Under the pieces are notes generated by a model, which had not been told where the DNA came from, ran no database searches, and was given only the letters and a program-made list of their open reading frames with translations. The position numbers and the translations under genes were made by a program. From Oscillospiraceae bacterium (lineage in GTDB: Bacteria; Bacillota; Clostridia; Oscillospirales; Ruminococcaceae), in assembly GCA_051881755.1 (NCBI GenBank), contig JBJEQM010000180.1, positions 1 through 33,644 on the forward strand: a stretch of DNA of 33,644 nucleotides, written 5' to 3'. Below, piece after piece: positions 32,663 through 33,644 of the stretch (position 1 is the stretch's first letter; every line of letters starts with the position of its first letter).

Positions 32663-33349
32663 TTGAAGCTGTTTGACAGTTTTGCAAAGCAGTTTAAAGA
32701 GGAAATAGAATCCGTAAAAAGGCGTGACCCCGCCGCACGCAGTACCTTGGAGATACTGCTGACATATTCGGGTCTGCACGCAATATTGATGTACCGTGTG
32801 GCGCATAAGCTGTACGAGAAAAAGCTGTTTCTCCCCGCGAGAATGATATCCCAGTTTGCGCGTTTCCTAACGGGCATCGAGATACATCCCGGCGCCAAGA
32901 TAGGCAAGGGCTTTTTCATCGACCACGGCTCGGGCGTGGTTATCGGCGAGACCACCGAGATAGGCGACAACTGTCTTGTATATCAGGGCGTTACCCTTGG
33001 CGGTACGGGCAAGGAAAAGGGCAAGCGCCACCCGACTTTGGGCAACAATGTTATGGTAGGCTCGGGCGCAAGAGTGCTGGGTCCGTTCAAGGTGGGCGAC
33101 AACGCAAAGATAGCCGCGAACGCCGTTGTACTGGAGGAAGTTCCGCCCGACTGCACTGCGGTAGGCGTTCCTGCGCGTATCGTGCGGCGCAACGGCAAGC
33201 GCGTCGATAACGATCTGGATCAGATACACATTCCCGACCCTGTTTCTCAGGAGCTCTGCAAGCAGCTCGTGCGCATTGAAAAGCTGGAAAAAAAGGTGAA
33301 TATGCTGGAAATATCGGAATTGGGAAGAAAATATAACAAAGAAAATTGA
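32663..33349 (+). CDS. cysE: Serine O-acetyltransferase CysE
   Basis: 228 aa with a TTG start and AAAGGTG upstream. It contains RDPAARSTLEILLTYSGLHAILMYRVAH. The hexapeptide-repeat core is GIEIHPGAKIGKGFFIDHGSGVVIGETTEIGDNCLVYQGVTLGG. Confidence 0.9.
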   Translation: MKLFDSFAKQFKEEIESVKRRDPAARSTLEILLTYSGLHAILMYRVAHKLYEKKLFLPARMISQFARFLTGIEIHPGAKIGKGFFIDHGSGVVIGETTEIGDNCLVYQGVTLGGTGKEKGKRHPTLGNNVMVGSGARVLGPFKVGDNAKIAANAVVLEEVPPDCTAVGVPARIVRRNGKRVDNDLDQIHIPDPVSQELCKQLVRIEKLEKKVNMLEISELGRKYNKEN

Positions 33350-33361
33350 GAGGGGTGTAAA

Positions 33362-33644
33362 ATGTTCAGGTCAATTGAATTGTTTGCAGGCGCAGGCGGA
33401 TTGGCTTTAGGACTTGAAAAAGCAGGATTTGAAAATATTGGCTTAATTGAAATAGATGTCGCTGCTGCAAATACTTTGAAAAAAAACCGTCCCGAATGGA
33501 ATGTTATAAACGACGATATTGAAAATATATCGAAATTAGATTTGGAAGAATATTTTAATATAAAGCAAGGCGAATTAGACCTGTTATCGGGCGGAGCACC
33601 CTGTCAGTCATTTTCATATGCAGGGAAACGGCTTGGACTTGAGG
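33362..33644 (+). CDS. DNA (cytosine-5)-methyltransferase, 5' fragment truncated by the window end
   Basis: My own translation from ATG 33362 (not in the ORF track) is MFRSIELFAGAGGLALGLEKAGFENIGLIEIDVAAANTLKKNRPEW...DLLSGGAPCQSFSYAGKRLGLE. Motif I is FAGAGG and motif IV is PCQSFS. GAGAGGGG lies upstream. Confidence 0.85.
   Translation, partial: MFRSIELFAGAGGLALGLEKAGFENIGLIEIDVAAANTLKKNRPEWNVINDDIENISKLDLEEYFNIKQGELDLLSGGAPCQSFSYAGKRLGLE

Overview
Most of the window (about 61..26045, minus strand) is one fla/che-type flagellar and chemotaxis operon. Its layout is the Firmicutes/Clostridia type: flgB-flgC-fliE-fliF-fliG-fliH-fliI-fliJ-fliK-flgD-(TIGR02530-like gene)-flgE-flbD-motA-motB-fliM-fliY-cheY-fliO-fliP-fliQ-fliR-flhB-flhA-sigD/fliA-two rod genes-cheC-cheD. 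A sigma-A-like promoter precedes it and an intrinsic terminator follows it. Directly upstream, on the same strand, sits a separate three-gene operon with its own promoter and terminator. It encodes a YcgR/MotI-like PilZ protein, an orphan Soj/ParA-type ATPase and a ComFB-domain protein. This is my best candidate for an uncharacterised second-messenger control module for the flagellum. On the plus strand a divergent unit encodes a 2-TM protein, a canonical zinc-hook SbcC with no adjacent SbcD, and a small FakA/YloV-like fragment protein. These are followed by a long AT-rich palindrome/terminator, a T-box leader (probable Cys specifier) with cysE, and the low-GC 5' end of a C5 DNA methyltransferase that runs off the window. 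Other oddities: FliY has its CheY-binding EIDAL-type peptide inside a long P/A/Q/M/N-rich linker instead of at the N-terminus. FlgD is 551 aa, several times the usual size. A 197-bp spacer of about 21% G+C splits motA from motB. flhF, flhG and fliL are absent. No rRNA, tRNA, CRISPR array or transposase was seen. All family calls come from motif recognition by eye and were not confirmed by any search.
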